Shown here: positions 46,593 through 59,945 of the stretch, one piece after another
Numbering within the stretch: position 1 is the stretch's first letter
How the letters are laid out: each line of letters opens with the position of its first letter
Source of the DNA: Dudresnaya verticillata
Taxonomy: Eukaryota
Length of the DNA stretch: 64,000 bases
NCBI GenBank assembly: GCA_977862235.1
Contig: OZ374565.1
Location: 1,984,001 to 2,048,000, forward strand
Direction of reading: 5' to 3'
The notes under the pieces: model-generated
Database searches by the model: none
What the model saw: only the letters and a program-made list of their open reading frames with translations
What the model was told of the DNA's origin: nothing
Program-made: the position numbers and the translations under genes

Positions 46593-47089
46593 TGCAACGG
46601 TAGCAACAATTCCATGTTTAGTTCTAAAGCGAGCACGGGCCCACAATTGATGGTCATCGTTTACAACAGTTCTTCATGTATTGGATTCACTCCATTTGTA
46701 TTCTTCTACATGCAAGTCCGGGGATCGTATTGGTCCCCTACACCGCGAAAGGCTCTATTTCTTCCGATACAATAGACAAACTTTTACAAACCAATACTGA
46801 GCGCTCTTACCACACCGCTTCTGACAACCAATACAAACCGCTATTATCGCAGCACCGAGTGATTAACAGTTTCTACAGTTCTCAGTACTCATTGGCAACA
46901 ATGCGTTTCACACACTTCGTTCCCACGCATTTGTCACAGAGCATTTGGAGCAGTATAAGAATCGCAAAGAAGGCTCAGATCGAGCGACAGATCCATCCCA
47001 GCATCAGGAGGCACCCGAAAACATCGCGTTGTTGATCATCTTTCTCTACCGAGGTGAAGTAAACCCAGGGCTTCAAGGAAACGTTCATC

Positions 47090-47506
47090 ATGCGTTCAGT
47101 GGGGATCATTCTCATTGCATTTACTCTTCTCCTCGCAACAAGCTCTGCATTTGCGAGATGTCGTACTGGTGGATACAGATCGTGCTGTGGGACTCGTCCC
47201 TATGATTACAGGCTCTACAAATGCTGTGGGGGAGTTGTTACCAGTGGTGGTAGGTACACAGCGTGCTGTGGAACTCGTAGCTATGACTCCAGGCTCTACA
47301 AATGCTGTGGCGGAGTTGTTACCAGTGGTGGTAGGTACACAGCGTGCTGTGGAACTCGTAGCTATGACTCCAGGCTCTACAAATGCTGTAACAGAGTTGT
47401 TACCAGTGGTGGTAGGTACACAGCGTGCTGTGGCAATCGCGGCTATGACTACAGGCTCTACAAATGTTGCAAGGGTAGAATTTCATCTAAACGGTCAAGA
47501 TGCTAG
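47090..47506 (+). CDS. Secreted galaxin-like di-cysteine repeat protein, family B copy 3 (138 aa)
   Basis: Signal peptide; 81-nt repeats; 8 CC plus 2 C; R/K/Y/G-rich; TATAAGAA at 46954. Confidence 0.9.
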   Translation: MRSVGIILIAFTLLLATSSAFARCRTGGYRSCCGTRPYDYRLYKCCGGVVTSGGRYTACCGTRSYDSRLYKCCGGVVTSGGRYTACCGTRSYDSRLYKCCNRVVTSGGRYTACCGNRGYDYRLYKCCKGRISSKRSRC

Positions 47507-48349
47507 AACTGAAACTTGAAGCATACTGTTGCTTAGGATGCACCGGAATTAGGAGCAAGGTTAAGATTAGTTTAGTTGTGCGTTGTTAGTTAGTGCGTCA
47601 GTTGTTGCGGTTGATGACTAAATCTCACCATCTTGACCGCTTTTTGCATCAATTGCTGGCGTCGAAATTGGCTGGCAAAGCAGTACGTAATGAAATGTTC
47701 CCTTCGGGACAGATTCTCTCCCAATAGGGGAAGGGTCCCAAAGTGACCGCAAATGATATCAACTAATCGTCACCTTGATACGGGAACTGATTTCCCTTGT
47801 TTCCTTTACTAATCCTTTGAACAGCAGAGCAAGTGCAATATGGAATTCAAAGAGTCAAAAGCCGGATCTTCAGGCTCATCCAACGATGAGATTTTGGGAA
47901 GTGCTGGGCTGGAAGAAGACCTTCCATGGAGTTACCGTACTCGCTCGCACTGTGGTTTCAACATGTTTTCCGTTTCTTACTCCCACGACGCTCTTGCGGC
48001 GCATCAATGACCTTCTAGATTAATAACTCTTGTGATGACATCGTCTCCCCGGACAATCAACTATCCTACAAATAGTTATCTCCCATTCTCTCGGTTTCAT
48101 TTATCTTCTTGACCATGCACTTAAAAACATGCACGGGGTGATGCAGAGTAGAGCACCCAAATCTACTTCGATTGCTTCAGCAATTGCTATGCTCATTCGC
48201 ATGCTATTACACCAAGGTGCAGTCAAAGTTGACAAATTCGTCAAGTTCGCGCTAGTTCTGGACAGAAAACTAAAGAGGTTAGTTGCACGAATGCTGTGAT
48301 TACGCCTGAAAGGTTAGCGAGAGCTATTTCATATCCATATTTGCTCTAT

Positions 48350-51300
48350 GTTTCATGTTCTTATTCACTTGTTGTCGGACGAGGCTTCCCCGAACAGCAA
48401 GGCTCAATCAGCGAACGTTTGTTGGTCCTATTGTCGGGTTCGCCCTGCCGCTGACCTCCCTCACGCCAGAAGTCGAATCAATGTTGGACAGCGAGCAGGC
48501 TACATTTTTCCGGACGGCTATCCGGCATGGAACACGGTACATGCCTCCTAGTTCGCATCTTGCGCGAACATATTCGTCTCGCTCTTCTTGGTCAGTAGCA
48601 CAATCTGCGGGAATCTGCAACTTATGCCTTCCCATCTCTTCCAACCCCATCTCTTCACATCACTTCGGATCCCTACCGTCGCTGCCGTCAACTATGTTGT
48701 GATGGCGCTCTCAGCAAAGCAGCTGCTGCACTTTGCTCTACAACACCTCCGGTACACCCAATTGCGTCCAGCCTCCCTGATGTGAAGGCTCTCCATCTGT
48801 CTCCTATTGGACATGTTATTCTGCGTTGCTATTCTTCACTGTCTTCTGCATACTCTTTCCCTGGGGCTGGTATTCGGCGGGCGTTGCGTTTTCTCCCATA
48901 TCATAGCTCACCCAGCCCAGATGGCCTTTGGTCCAGTCTTCTACGACTTCTTGCTCACCCTCCGGGCGGTACGGAGCCAAGTCGGTCTGCCTCAAGTGCT
49001 CTCACTGCGTCCGTTAACAAATGCGCTGCTGGCCATCTCCCACCTTCATTCAGCCGTTGTTTTCTAGCGCCCTCCTCATTGGTATTCCCAAGTCCACATC
49101 TGGATTCCTAAACAGATTCCTACGTCCTATAGCTATGGGTTGCATTATTTGGCCTTTTGTATGCCGTCTTCTTGCTCAACGAGACTCCAAGGATCCCGCT
49201 GTGATATCGTATCTACGTCCTTTTCAACTGGCTGTCGGTATACCGAATGGATCCGGGGCTTTCATTCATTCCCTACACGCCTTTATTGCCCCTCATACTA
49301 CTGAGTACCTTATACTGCTCTGAAGTGATGCTAAGACTGCTTTTGATAGCATTGAACGCGCCCATTTTCTATGCGAAGTTATTCCTCATGTCCAGAAATT
49401 TCTAAGATGGTCCATTACCTCTATAGTGATGTTTGATTTTAATGGCTTTTTAGGGTGGTCTTGTGCGGGCGAGGATGGTGGCCCATTGGCAAGCACATCG
49501 GTAAGGTAGAGTTGTTAAGGTTATTCTTAATCACGTCTCATAAAAGTATCCTATCACCGGTAAAGGGGGTGGGGCTATCCTTCGGAAAGGGATCAGTTAC
49601 GTGGGGACCGACTGGGTTGTGAGTGGGAAGTAGACAGGGGAAACTCGTGGCTGCAGGCGTCCCGGATAGATGATATTGTGTCGGAGATGGCGCAGAGATC
49701 AGCGCCGAGTGGTTCTGGGAGCGACAGGGCTTGGAGAGATTGGGCGAGGGGTCGAACTTCCTCGCGGGCAATTCGACAGGGCAGCGGGATAGGGAACGTC
49801 CCCAGGTGCCAACGGATTGCTATTTTCCTCTCTCTGTGGTCTGGTAGCCCCAGGACTGGTGGTAATTGTGAATAACTTGGCTTGAAGAGCTGTTCACTCA
49901 TGGCTGAAACACTCTTTTTGTTGTACCGTTTATGGTTCAAGCACTGCCGTTCAAGATATATGTTTTTGCTGTTTATTGTTCAAGCACTGCCGTTCACAGT
50001 ATTTGTTTTACTGCTTCTTGTTCAAGCAGTTGAGTAGTTACATACTAGATATGTTGTTACGATTATGCCAGCGGTTCACGGCTACTGTATGACAGAACTA
50101 GCTGTTTGTTAGGTTTATGTTACGTCTAGTACTGCAGTTGTGCTATTAAACTTTATAGGACGGTTTTGAGTGCACCGGCATCGGCAACAAAAGGCCGCAG
50201 TTGCTGCAGTTGTATTCATGCTGCAGATTACGATGTAGCGCAGACTTTGGTCTATTTATACTGACCTTCTCGAGGTCTGTAGTAGTTCTAGCCATCGAAC
50301 CACAGCAACACTTACCAACTTATCAATACTCATTCATCCTGTTTTTTATGCTCACTTTCCCTTTCGTCAGCATTCAATTCCTACCTTGTACATGCTTACA
50401 CCTTTTTAAAATTGATGCGAGTTGTACACCGGGACAGGACGTCGACCAGATAGCGCCGCACGCTATTCCTGTAGCTGCAAGTTGCGGTTTTCTCGCCACG
50501 TTCGAGATTGTTGGGATGCATCCCAGAAAGCAATACGCGGTGTGGTCGGGAGGACAGAAAGGGCTCTTTGGACATGCCAGGAGGCAGGAAGTGCTGCTAA
50601 GCCGGCGAGAAGTTGTAGCGCAGCGCAGAAGCTCTGTTGCAGGATCTGCTGGAGCAGGAGAGGAGATTCGAGGCGGAAGAGGGCCCTAGGCTTCTGTTTG
50701 GAGAGATTAACCTCTTTAGCCGCACAGGAATCAACAGGGAAACCTTCTGAGCATGCTTCTATTCTGTATTGATCTACCACCACTTCTTCGTGCCGTTGCC
50801 TTGACATTTCGCAGCATTAAGCTCATTATCATAATTACAGCTTTTGCCGATATTTTGGATATCGTGCTCCCCATTTCGGGTTTTCATGTGCAGCTTGGTT
50901 ACCATAAGTCTGACGCCTGGTGGCTTCTTCTATCTCTCCTACGGTCTTCCCCTCTTCTAGATTTACCCTCCGATGTTAACCGAAATGCTGCCATTGAGTT
51001 TCTAGGTTCCCCTATTGGGGCTGACCATGCCTGTAAGGCTACCCTGGCGAAGAAACTACAGTCAGTGGATTTACTTTGGGATCGTTTAATGTCTCTACGT
51101 GATCCTCAACTTGGGTTTCACCTTCTCTAATTCTTTTTTGGTGCATCTAAACTATCCTACCTGCTTCGAACAACCCCTCGGCACTTAACCTCTTCCACCC
51201 AAGTGTCCCACGACGTTGGCATGCGACGGGCGTTTGAACAAACCCATTGTCTCTTGACATATTCGAGTTAGCTGCTCAGTTCTTTAGTTTTGCGTTCTGG

Positions 51301-52514
51301 CGGCCTAGGGCTCACTAGAGCTTCTACCGTGGTGGATATTAGCTACCTAACGTCCCCAGTTCATACATGTCTACGATCCGAACAGTTCTTGGTCCTTTTC
51401 CATTTCCTGCTGACAAGACACTTGGTATGCATTACTTGGGCCTTATCTATGCCGTCTCCCCTCGTTCGCAATCCTTTTCAAGCCCTACTTACTGATGCAA
51501 TCGCGTTATTGAATTCTTTCTATGCTACTCCTCATGACCCGAGGTCTCCCGGGTCTGTTCATCATGAGCTTTTCCTTCTATTAATGATGTGATTTTGGCA
51601 TCCGTGATCCCGTCATCCAATTCTAGTGGCGACATTCGCTGTCGTCTTCGTCTGCAATCTACCGGCACAGCCAGTTACGTGCTTTTGTGCTGCTGTAATT
51701 TCCTCCTTCCACGGTACTCGAGTTGAACCTGAAGTTTGGATCTAGGTGATCCAACTAAGACTCGGACTTCCCATCTTCAGTGGAGTTGCCCCAAGCCCGA
51801 GTTTTGTTGCTGGTACCCCTTCTGCCCCCCTCTTCTTGATGTTTATGGGCATCGTGCTACGGCCTGCTCTTCTCGCGAGGGCACAATACGCCGTCATGAT
51901 GCTCTTCGGGATCGCTTAAGCGTTTTATTTCAGACTATAACTCGCCCACATGGATTGCGCGTTGAAGTTGAACATCGTTTCGGCTACTCAGATGAGCACG
52001 TTGACCTCCAACATCCTGTTAATCCACGTGACCAGTTGCGTATGGATCTTTTCGTTGATGATGGTGGCTATGCCGCGCACATGGCTCTGATGTCTCGGTT
52101 GTCAGCCCCCTTCTTTTCATTGCTCCACTGGTCCCATTGCTGACCAAGCAATTGCAGCCCGCGAACGCGTCAAGCGACCTCGTTACCACCGTGTATTTGC
52201 TAGTTTGGATATGGTTCTCCATCCTACAGTATGGTTGTAGATGTCTATGGCCGAGTTGGATCCAGCTTTGAGATTGGCGCCCAACGTATTGCTAATTCAA
52301 TTTCCAACAAGCGCGTGTGACATGCGGGACCTCTCCGTCTATGGAGAAACTTCGCCTCACTACTCGTTTACTCTCTTTAGTTCTCCAATGCGGGGTTTTG
52401 AACATCAATCGGTGCCAGCTAGCCGCACCATCTCTTTACAGTAGCTCTGATTCCTAAGCCCTTAAGGGGCTTCTCTCTTGTTCTTCAATAAATGTCTCTC
52501 TCTCTCTCTCTCTC
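48350..52514 (+). pseudogene. Decayed CRE-like (RLE-endonuclease) non-LTR retrotransposon
   Basis: Ordered motifs across stops and frameshifts: RPIAMG (49123), QLAVGIPNG, DAKTAFDSI, FLGSPIG (~51000), LLRTTP, SGGLGL, DVYGHRATAC...RRHD, RMDL, DVYGRVG; ends AATAAATG-(TC)n. 5' boundary approximate. Confidence 0.78.
49427..50750 (-). mobile_element. Nested TE insertion within the CRE-like element
   Basis: Begins with the dispersed terminal motif; internal direct repeats GTTCAAGCACTGCCGTTCA; interrupts the RT motif series. Right boundary approximate. Confidence 0.55.
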
Positions 52515-54408
52515 ACACATAATGCAATCACGGAATTCTGGGGTATACAGGCCCCTCACTACCATGAACCACTTCGGACTTGGACTGCAGGACTAGCTAA
52601 GTCGGGGTTAGGCTTCATCAAGGAAGCGAACGGATTAATCTTACGTGTGTAGAAAGACCTCATTGGCAAGTTGCCTTTATTGTTTTGGCGAAGGCTACGT
52701 TTATGGCAAAGGCAATTCAGAGAAGAAGACTGGCACAACGACTCGATAAGTCCACGAAGGCGCTCGGAAATGACGCTTGACGTTATTCTGCAGTCCAGCT
52801 TTTCCGTGTTACCTCGACATATATGTTCCAACTCTGAATGGAAGCACGAATCCATGCGGCAATTGGGATGGTCCAGTGTGTTGTATTCATATTCTTGATC
52901 GTATTTAGTGGAATCAGAATGCTCTTCGTAAGGACAAGAAGGTGAGAGGACATATCCAACAATAAAGGCAGATCCGACGATGGGAAGATGGCTCATAGAT
53001 TCCAGGCCTAACAGCTGAGCCTACCTTGTCTTTCTTTCAGAGCCAGGGCTCAAGACGGCCGGCGAAATGCCTTACAGAAGGGCGTGCTTTTTATTCGTAT
53101 CTAAAAGTGCGAGTTTTGACATGCTACCCCCAGGGAGAACTGCAGTACTTTTCGGCTCCTCCTACAGAGTTGTAACATTGCAATTATGTCCCCTATACAA
53201 ATTTGACATGTCGGGCTAGTTAGGTTAAGAGTGGTTATTCGGTATCTGCACCCCTCCCAAGCTAGTCATTTGGAATTGAATGGCTGGCCTTTTCTCAACA
53301 GCGGGACAAGTGGGGGTAGACTTCACAGCTATTATAAAATGACCCTGAGCTTACATTTGATACCTACATACATCGAAGACCCACAGGCAGACGCACCAGT
53401 TTGACGTTAACATACTGCAGAATCACCCTGCGTAGTGCCCCTCGTTGCCAAAAAGACGGCTCTCCTTACGCAAATAACACCTCTGGTACTACAGTGCATA
53501 GTAGTCGCCATCAACCCGTTGCAATAGCTGCAGGATCCTTGGCCGCAGAGCACGTTATGGCAGAAACGAAGCCACGTGAATTACGCCATCCCCATAAGAG
53601 GCTGTAAGGCTCTTTTTAGTAAGGCGTTCTTCTTCCTTTCTCGTGTACAGCTGTTGCATGGAATCCAACGTTCTTGGTGACCGGACGGTATGGCTTTTGA
53701 GTTTACACACATTTGGAATATATATGGTTTTGTTATGGTTTTATATTTTATAGTCGTTTTGGCTGTATGTCTATTGCCTATGTTGATTAAATATTTATCT
53801 TCTTTTTGTCTGTTAGTACAATCTTGAATCCTCGTTCAAGGCGGTATAGTAAACGTCCCTCAAGAGAACTTTTATGAGAGGATGAGCAGAACCAGACATT
53901 TCTGGCACGATAACCACTCTTCGTTGAACTGTGTGCTCGTTGAGCTAGAACTAGGCTGGGAACCGCGGTACGCTAGGTACAGAGCTGCAACCTCGAATAC
54001 CGCTATGAAGGGATAATCCTGTCAAACTCCACCCCGAGAGGGATCTTGCCCTTCTTTAAAACTGTTGCAGTTCTTTTTTGTGCCCTTCCTCTGGCCGGAA
54101 ACGTCTTCAGACCCTTTTTATCCTCAACCTTCTGCCGCAGAAAACCTATTGCCTACAGCAACGGGATATCCCCTGTAGCCTTACAAATTTCAAATAAACC
54201 GTAGCAAACAACACAACGGTGTGTTTGACTGTGTCTGAACGAGTATATGCGGCGATACATTTGTATAAGCTTCTAGATCGTTCGAATTTGTTCACAGAGT
54301 AGATGAAGGAAGCTCAGTCGTTTAACTATTCCTTTCAGTACTCATCTTCCAGCCCTGCAATATTCGGTGATGAAACGGGGTCAGTTAATGCTGTCAGCCT
54401 AGTCGGAC

Positions 54409-54951
54409 TGTCGAAATACAGACCTTTACGGCACTGTAGCCGTTAGGATCCACACGTGGTCGTCGATAAACCGCCCTCAAAAGGGCTGCTTCGGTTAGCA
54501 CGAGTGCAAGAGCTGCACGCTCGGAACGGCTCTCAAAAGAGCTGACTGAGGGCGGAGCAATTGATTCCAATGGTAGCGGAGGTTGATTCAAACGTAGACA
54601 CTAGTTGAGTGTTCCGTGGTTCTTTGAACTTGTCTTCCTTAGTTGCAAACGCAAAGCGTTGCACCGTCTCCGGTCTGTAGCGTGTGCTAGACTAGTTCCC
54701 TAGATTGTTTGGTTGTTGTTCTGTTTTGTAATCGTTGACTTTTCTTTACTTTGTTGCTGACATCGGAATAGTTCTTGTACTGAGTTTCATCCTCCACGCA
54801 AACGTGGAATTGAATGCAACTACTGACAATATTCAGTGACAATTGACACTACATGCTACTCTATCTTGACCACCCATTTATAATCTCCGGCCAAGGCTGG
54901 GCCAGATTGACTTCGCTCGAAGTCCTCTATACCTACCCAAGTTGAACGACA
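54409..54951 (-). repeat. Copia-2 3' LTR (543 bp)
   Basis: Direct repeat of 59946-60489; one visible indel (CTTCCTTAG vs CTTCCATTAG); purine tract adjacent on the minus strand. Confidence 0.95.
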
Positions 54952-54982
54952 CTCGAAGGTTTTTCTTTTTGGAGATTTTTCT

Positions 54983-57900
54983 TCAAATCGATTCATTTCG
55001 CGTCCCGTCAACCCAACCTTCTGGTTTTACTTCTAGCCGGTTGGTAGTTAGTAACTTCCAGAGAGGGTGCGAGTCTCCTACAATTCCCTTCGTTAAACCA
55101 TCAGCAACATTTTCAGAACCGGGTATCCAGGCTAAGTAGCGAAGTTCCTTGCGTGCATGGCTTTCCCGAATTGCAAAAATATCAATCTGAAGGCGTTTTT
55201 CCAATGTAGAACTGTTCTTTGCCACTATGTTAAACAATGTCTTGGAGTCCACATAAGCATCAATTGCTAGCTCTTTCCCAAGAATTTCCTTCATCATCTC
55301 TCTCACTATGTATGCATTATCAAAACCATACATCAAAGCGTGAACTTCGGCAGCCATAACGGAACGAGTAACTCGTTTGCATCGGGAACTGCCGTAATGA
55401 ATAATGTTGGCGTTATTGTGTTCATCAGCCAGCAATAAAACAAACCCTATTTGCGATTTGAGGTTTTCGGCGTTAGCAAAAGATGCGTCGGTGAATAAGA
55501 CTAGCCGTAGAGATTTTCTGTCCAGCGGAATATAGCTCAACCCTATGTCGGCGGTTTCATGACATCTTTTCACAACGTTGCGCAGTCTTTTCAAATCAGA
55601 TGGTAGTGGGCTTGGAGCTGAACTAGCGAGTAGTTGAACGACTGCACAAAGGTCAGGACGGGTACAACATCCAACATACTGTGCTTGTGCTCCAACGCTT
55701 ACGAACTCTCGGTCATTTTCCGGCATCTTGATCTTTCGGAGCTTATCTGGCTGCGTAATGCAATGCTTTCTATCACCTTTGATAGAAATGGTCATCCCGT
55801 TGAAAGTATTGTGGTCCCCAGATCTCAATATCTTCCGTGGTTTGCATTGAAACCTTGAAGATGCCCTTTCCTCGTCTTGCAGAAATTCATTAGTACCGTT
55901 TCCATATGAGTCATCTACTTGTAATGCTGTTACTCCTTTTAGTACTTCATTGTCCCTGCGGTACAGTAGGCAAGGGTCATACTTGGTGGCCTTCATGAAA
56001 AGTTTCTCGATATGATGTGTAGAGTAAGTAGTGAACCAATACAGTCCACTCTCTGGAATTCCGTAAAGAGGCTTCCTGACGAGAAGAACTATTCCTTTTT
56101 CCAAGAGCATCTCCGGTGGAGGTCTAAGGTAAACCTTTCGTTTGAGGGGGTACTCAGACTGGAGATAGGCTTGTGAGATGTCCCTGATATAGGACGAAAA
56201 TTCAGGAAACATGGAACCCAGTGCCAATGCGATCCTCTGTCCAACTCGGCTTACTGTAGGAGATTTCGTTGGTATCTCGGAAGCTCCTTTGTCACGGAAG
56301 TTTTGGGCTACCAGTCTGGATTTCTCGATCTTTTTTCCTTCTACCGACTTGAGAAGATCAACCCATCTTGAACCGTATATCCGTGTTCCTTTCGGGATAC
56401 TAGCCTCCTTCACGATCTCAAATACTTCTCGTTCCTCGAGACCTTTCAGCTCTGCTGCTCTGGATTCGGCAAACGTGTGATCGACACTGGGGTTTGCGAT
56501 GTAGATTTCCTCTCTTAACACTTCATCACCGAACATATTCTTCAAAACATCTTCAGTCAGGTAGACACTGGCATCATCAATGGTACCAGGTTGAGTTGTT
56601 GCATTATCGAAGTTCTTCGCTGGTGAGTCCTCATGCTGAACCTTAGGTTCGATAATGTCAGGGTATTGTGGTTCTGTCATAGGCTTGATAACGTTCGTCC
56701 GAAAAATCTTGCGACCAGAAGAGAGTTGTACTACAGCTGTCTCTCCATCCACATGAATAAAGGGAAACGGTCCCTCCCATTTCTTGGAGTTAGTTCTATA
56801 CACGTATACCGGGGAACCGGCAGGGAGCTTTCTGAGCACGGCGCTGTGTTCTGTTCCCTTCGGACCACCCGAGTGCTTTAAACCGAATGATATTATTCTC
56901 TTGGACTGCTCCTTGTTTATGGCGTCCATTGCTTTATCAATAGCACGTGCTCGTGCTAGCTGTGTGTCAGCCGGAGTCCTTCTGGCCGGTCTCGGGATAG
57001 TCCCAAATACAAGTAAACTTGGACATCACCCTTCTGGACCGATGGTGTCATTTACAGCTTTTACGGCCATTTGTAGACACTCATTATCTCCTTCTGTTCT
57101 TGGCATGCTCTGGCGTATTTTGTTGTAGGCTACGCGAAGTGGACCATGGTATCTCTCAACATGAGACATGGTAGACGGAGATTCAATAGGAGCTTGTAGT
57201 ACGGATATTCCATCAGCTTCAGCATTGTCCAGGAACTCTTTAGACACAAAATTGGACCCTTGATCGACACGAAGAAAATGGGGTGGGCCTAAGTATACTA
57301 GTGACCAGCATTTGAGAAGAGTCTTCCAAACTGACGCTGAACTATGGCTTTTTAGGAAAGCTGCAGCACAGTAGTGCGTTGCCTCATCGACGACATGTAG
57401 GACGGCTTTCCGGTTAATAAACATCAAGTCTGCTGCAACAATATGATTGAAACGTAGTTCATCAGTACCAACAGTAATATTGAATCGACGGGGCCTCGAA
57501 GCATTAACAGCACACGTCATACAGGACTTGACAATCTCTGCCACACTCTCTCGTACTTCTTTGGTCATCTCCGCTGGTCTCGCCTTACGAAGTATATTGA
57601 TGAGAGCTGATACGGAAGGATGTCCAAAAACGCGATGGAGCTTCTTGAGTTCTGCCTCGGTGTAGAGCGAATAGGCTACATCTCCGCGACTCCACTTGTG
57701 AATAAGGAAATAGTTCTGTAGAGATAGTTTTTGCCTCAAGTGCTTGTACAGTACCTCTTGTTGTTCTATGCTGATGTCTAAACCGTTTTCAAACATATCT
57801 TTCATGCTAAGTAATGTTGGCACATTATCCGAGACTATCTGAAACTTGACGTCGATAACGAGATTTAGATCCCTGAAAGGGACCGGGATGGTTGCAGTTC

Positions 57901-59893
57901 CAACGGTTTTGCTCTTTCCTCCTATTCCTCGTAGAGTTCTGGTATCACAGCGATCAATCTGGCATGGAACCTGGAACTCTTCTCAGTAGGCCTTGTACTG
58001 GGAGTAAGCCATCACCGAGGAACGGTTCGCACATGTGTCAATATATAACCCCTTGAATGGGATTCGTTCGCCACTTCTCAACTCCTCATGTATTGCTGCC
58101 AACTGCATGTCGAGGTCCTTCGCAAACGTTTTTCCATGAAGGAATGACACGTTCGCTAAATGTGCCTCCTCATTCTTATGCAGGCTCATGTCATCTTCGT
58201 GGCAATCTTCAACGATATGAGCGGTGTCATCTTCACTCTCTTCCTCGTCTGACATGACAATTTCATCCTCGCTATCTGACTCAGAATCTCCAATCGTCAA
58301 TCCTTCAGCAATAAGAGCAAGGTCTTCCACAGTTAAAAGTGCCATGGGGTTCCTCTTTCGTAGCTTCTCAATCGCTGCAGATACTTCAGCTTTAGAATGG
58401 CGAGTTCGGGCAAGATGATCTTTTCCACACACGTAGCAGCCCTTGTGTCCAGCTAGCCATCGAGATGATAATCTTCCTCTTTGCGGCTTACTGCGGCCAT
58501 ATGTACCCTTCACCGGTTTGCGTGCAGCTCCACCGAATCGCTCCCCAGTTGTGTAATGAGCGCCATGAAAATCTGTTTGGGAGACTACAAAACCACCGGC
58601 CGAACGTGGTTCGTTTGATAGAAACGTCGCAATACGGTTTCGAGCATCTTGTGAGGATGTTGGTACTCTTTCTCGCATTGATTGCGCAATTTGCGCATTA
58701 TCTGCAGAGAGAACCAATTGGTCTCGTAGAAAATGGTCCTTACGGTAGACGGAGTCCAATTGACGCTGCAATTGTGAGAGACGATGGGAAAACGCGCGAA
58801 AAACTTGCAGCTCACTCTTGTTGGGTTCTTCACGCATAGCGTAAGAGAGTTTCATCGACTGCCACAATACAAGAGCGCGATTGCGCTGCTCCTTGCTCAT
58901 ATAGTTGTCAATAAGGCGCTGCGAAATGCTCTGGTAAGAGTCATCCGCATTGTATATACTCATGTATAAAGTCAGGGCATCATCCTTAAGCATGATCGGT
59001 AGTGCCTCCGCTTTTTCTTCTTCGGTCAGTCTACACACACGTGAAATAGTCTCGTACAACTCAAGTGTGCCGTGCAAATCTTCATCTAGTCCGCCGGAAT
59101 ATTGCTTTCTGCCTTGGAAAGACTTCATCAATCCGGTGATTCCGAGTAAATTAGACCTCTTGCGGTATTCCAAAGCATCCTGATGAACGTTTTCAATATT
59201 ATCCGCGCTCGGGGTACCATTGATCTTGTCCGCACTGTCACTGATAGCACCAGAACCATAACCATCTTCAGCACCACCCTTTGGAAACTTATCTTTCGCC
59301 TGCGAGTCCGGCTTCGCGTCTGTAACACGTCCATGGTCTTCGTTAGCTCCTTCTGATCTATCACGCACAACAGTACTTGCATCAGCTTCCGTACGTGGAC
59401 GATAAGTCAGCGGGTCTGCAACTGAGCTAGTTGGCACATTGCCATTCTGAACTGGACCTTTTTCCGCGACGGTTCTCATTGGAATAAAACTATCTTGCTT
59501 CAAACACTCTGTCAATGCCCTGCTTCTTGCATAACCTTGCTTCTTCTTAACATAAACGCCACGTTCAGTAAGCATTTGAACCCATTTATGCATCGTATTT
59601 CTTGGCATGTGTCTAATAGTGTGCTCACGAAATGTTGAGGTGACATCGAGCCACAGCTCTTCTCCGTACAGCTTGGAGTCCAGAAAGTAATCAAGCATCT
59701 CCTTTGAATAGGTAGCCACTGCATCACGAAATACCTTCTCATCCGCCTTGCTGGCGTTTGGCGGTAGGGGGTCAGGGTCACCTAAGTCATCAGGTTCCGG
59801 AAGAATACTGATATTAGCTTCTGCATGAGTATCGACGAAGTTCTCGTCGTTCCCAGCTGAACACGGGCCTTCAGTGTTGGCTTGGTCTGTCAT
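54983..59893 (-). pseudogene. Copia-2 Gag-Pol, one reading frame broken by two TGA stops (57983-57985 and 57026-57028)
   Basis: ORFs 57983-59926, 57026-57823 and 54983-56929 are in the same frame and the gaps translate openly; motifs CYVCGKDH, IDTCAN, HRVFGH...CMTC, KSRLVAQ, DISQAYLQ, QVDD, FTDAS, NVADGLTK. Confidence 0.92.
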
Positions 59894-59945
59894 TGCGTAG
59901 CAATATTTGTCCTGTGCAGCTGCCAAATCCCAGGACAGTTATAAC

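Larger units (their letters stand above)
45893..47930 (+). repeat. Segmental duplication unit carrying family B copy 3
   Basis: Collinear with 62335-63940 and with 19100-21570. Confidence 0.8.

Noticed and set aside
57983..57985. Programmed gag/pol read-through stop
   Set aside because: The stop lies inside the protease, downstream of the catalytic Asp, not at the gag-pol border, and a second stop occurs in the integrase.
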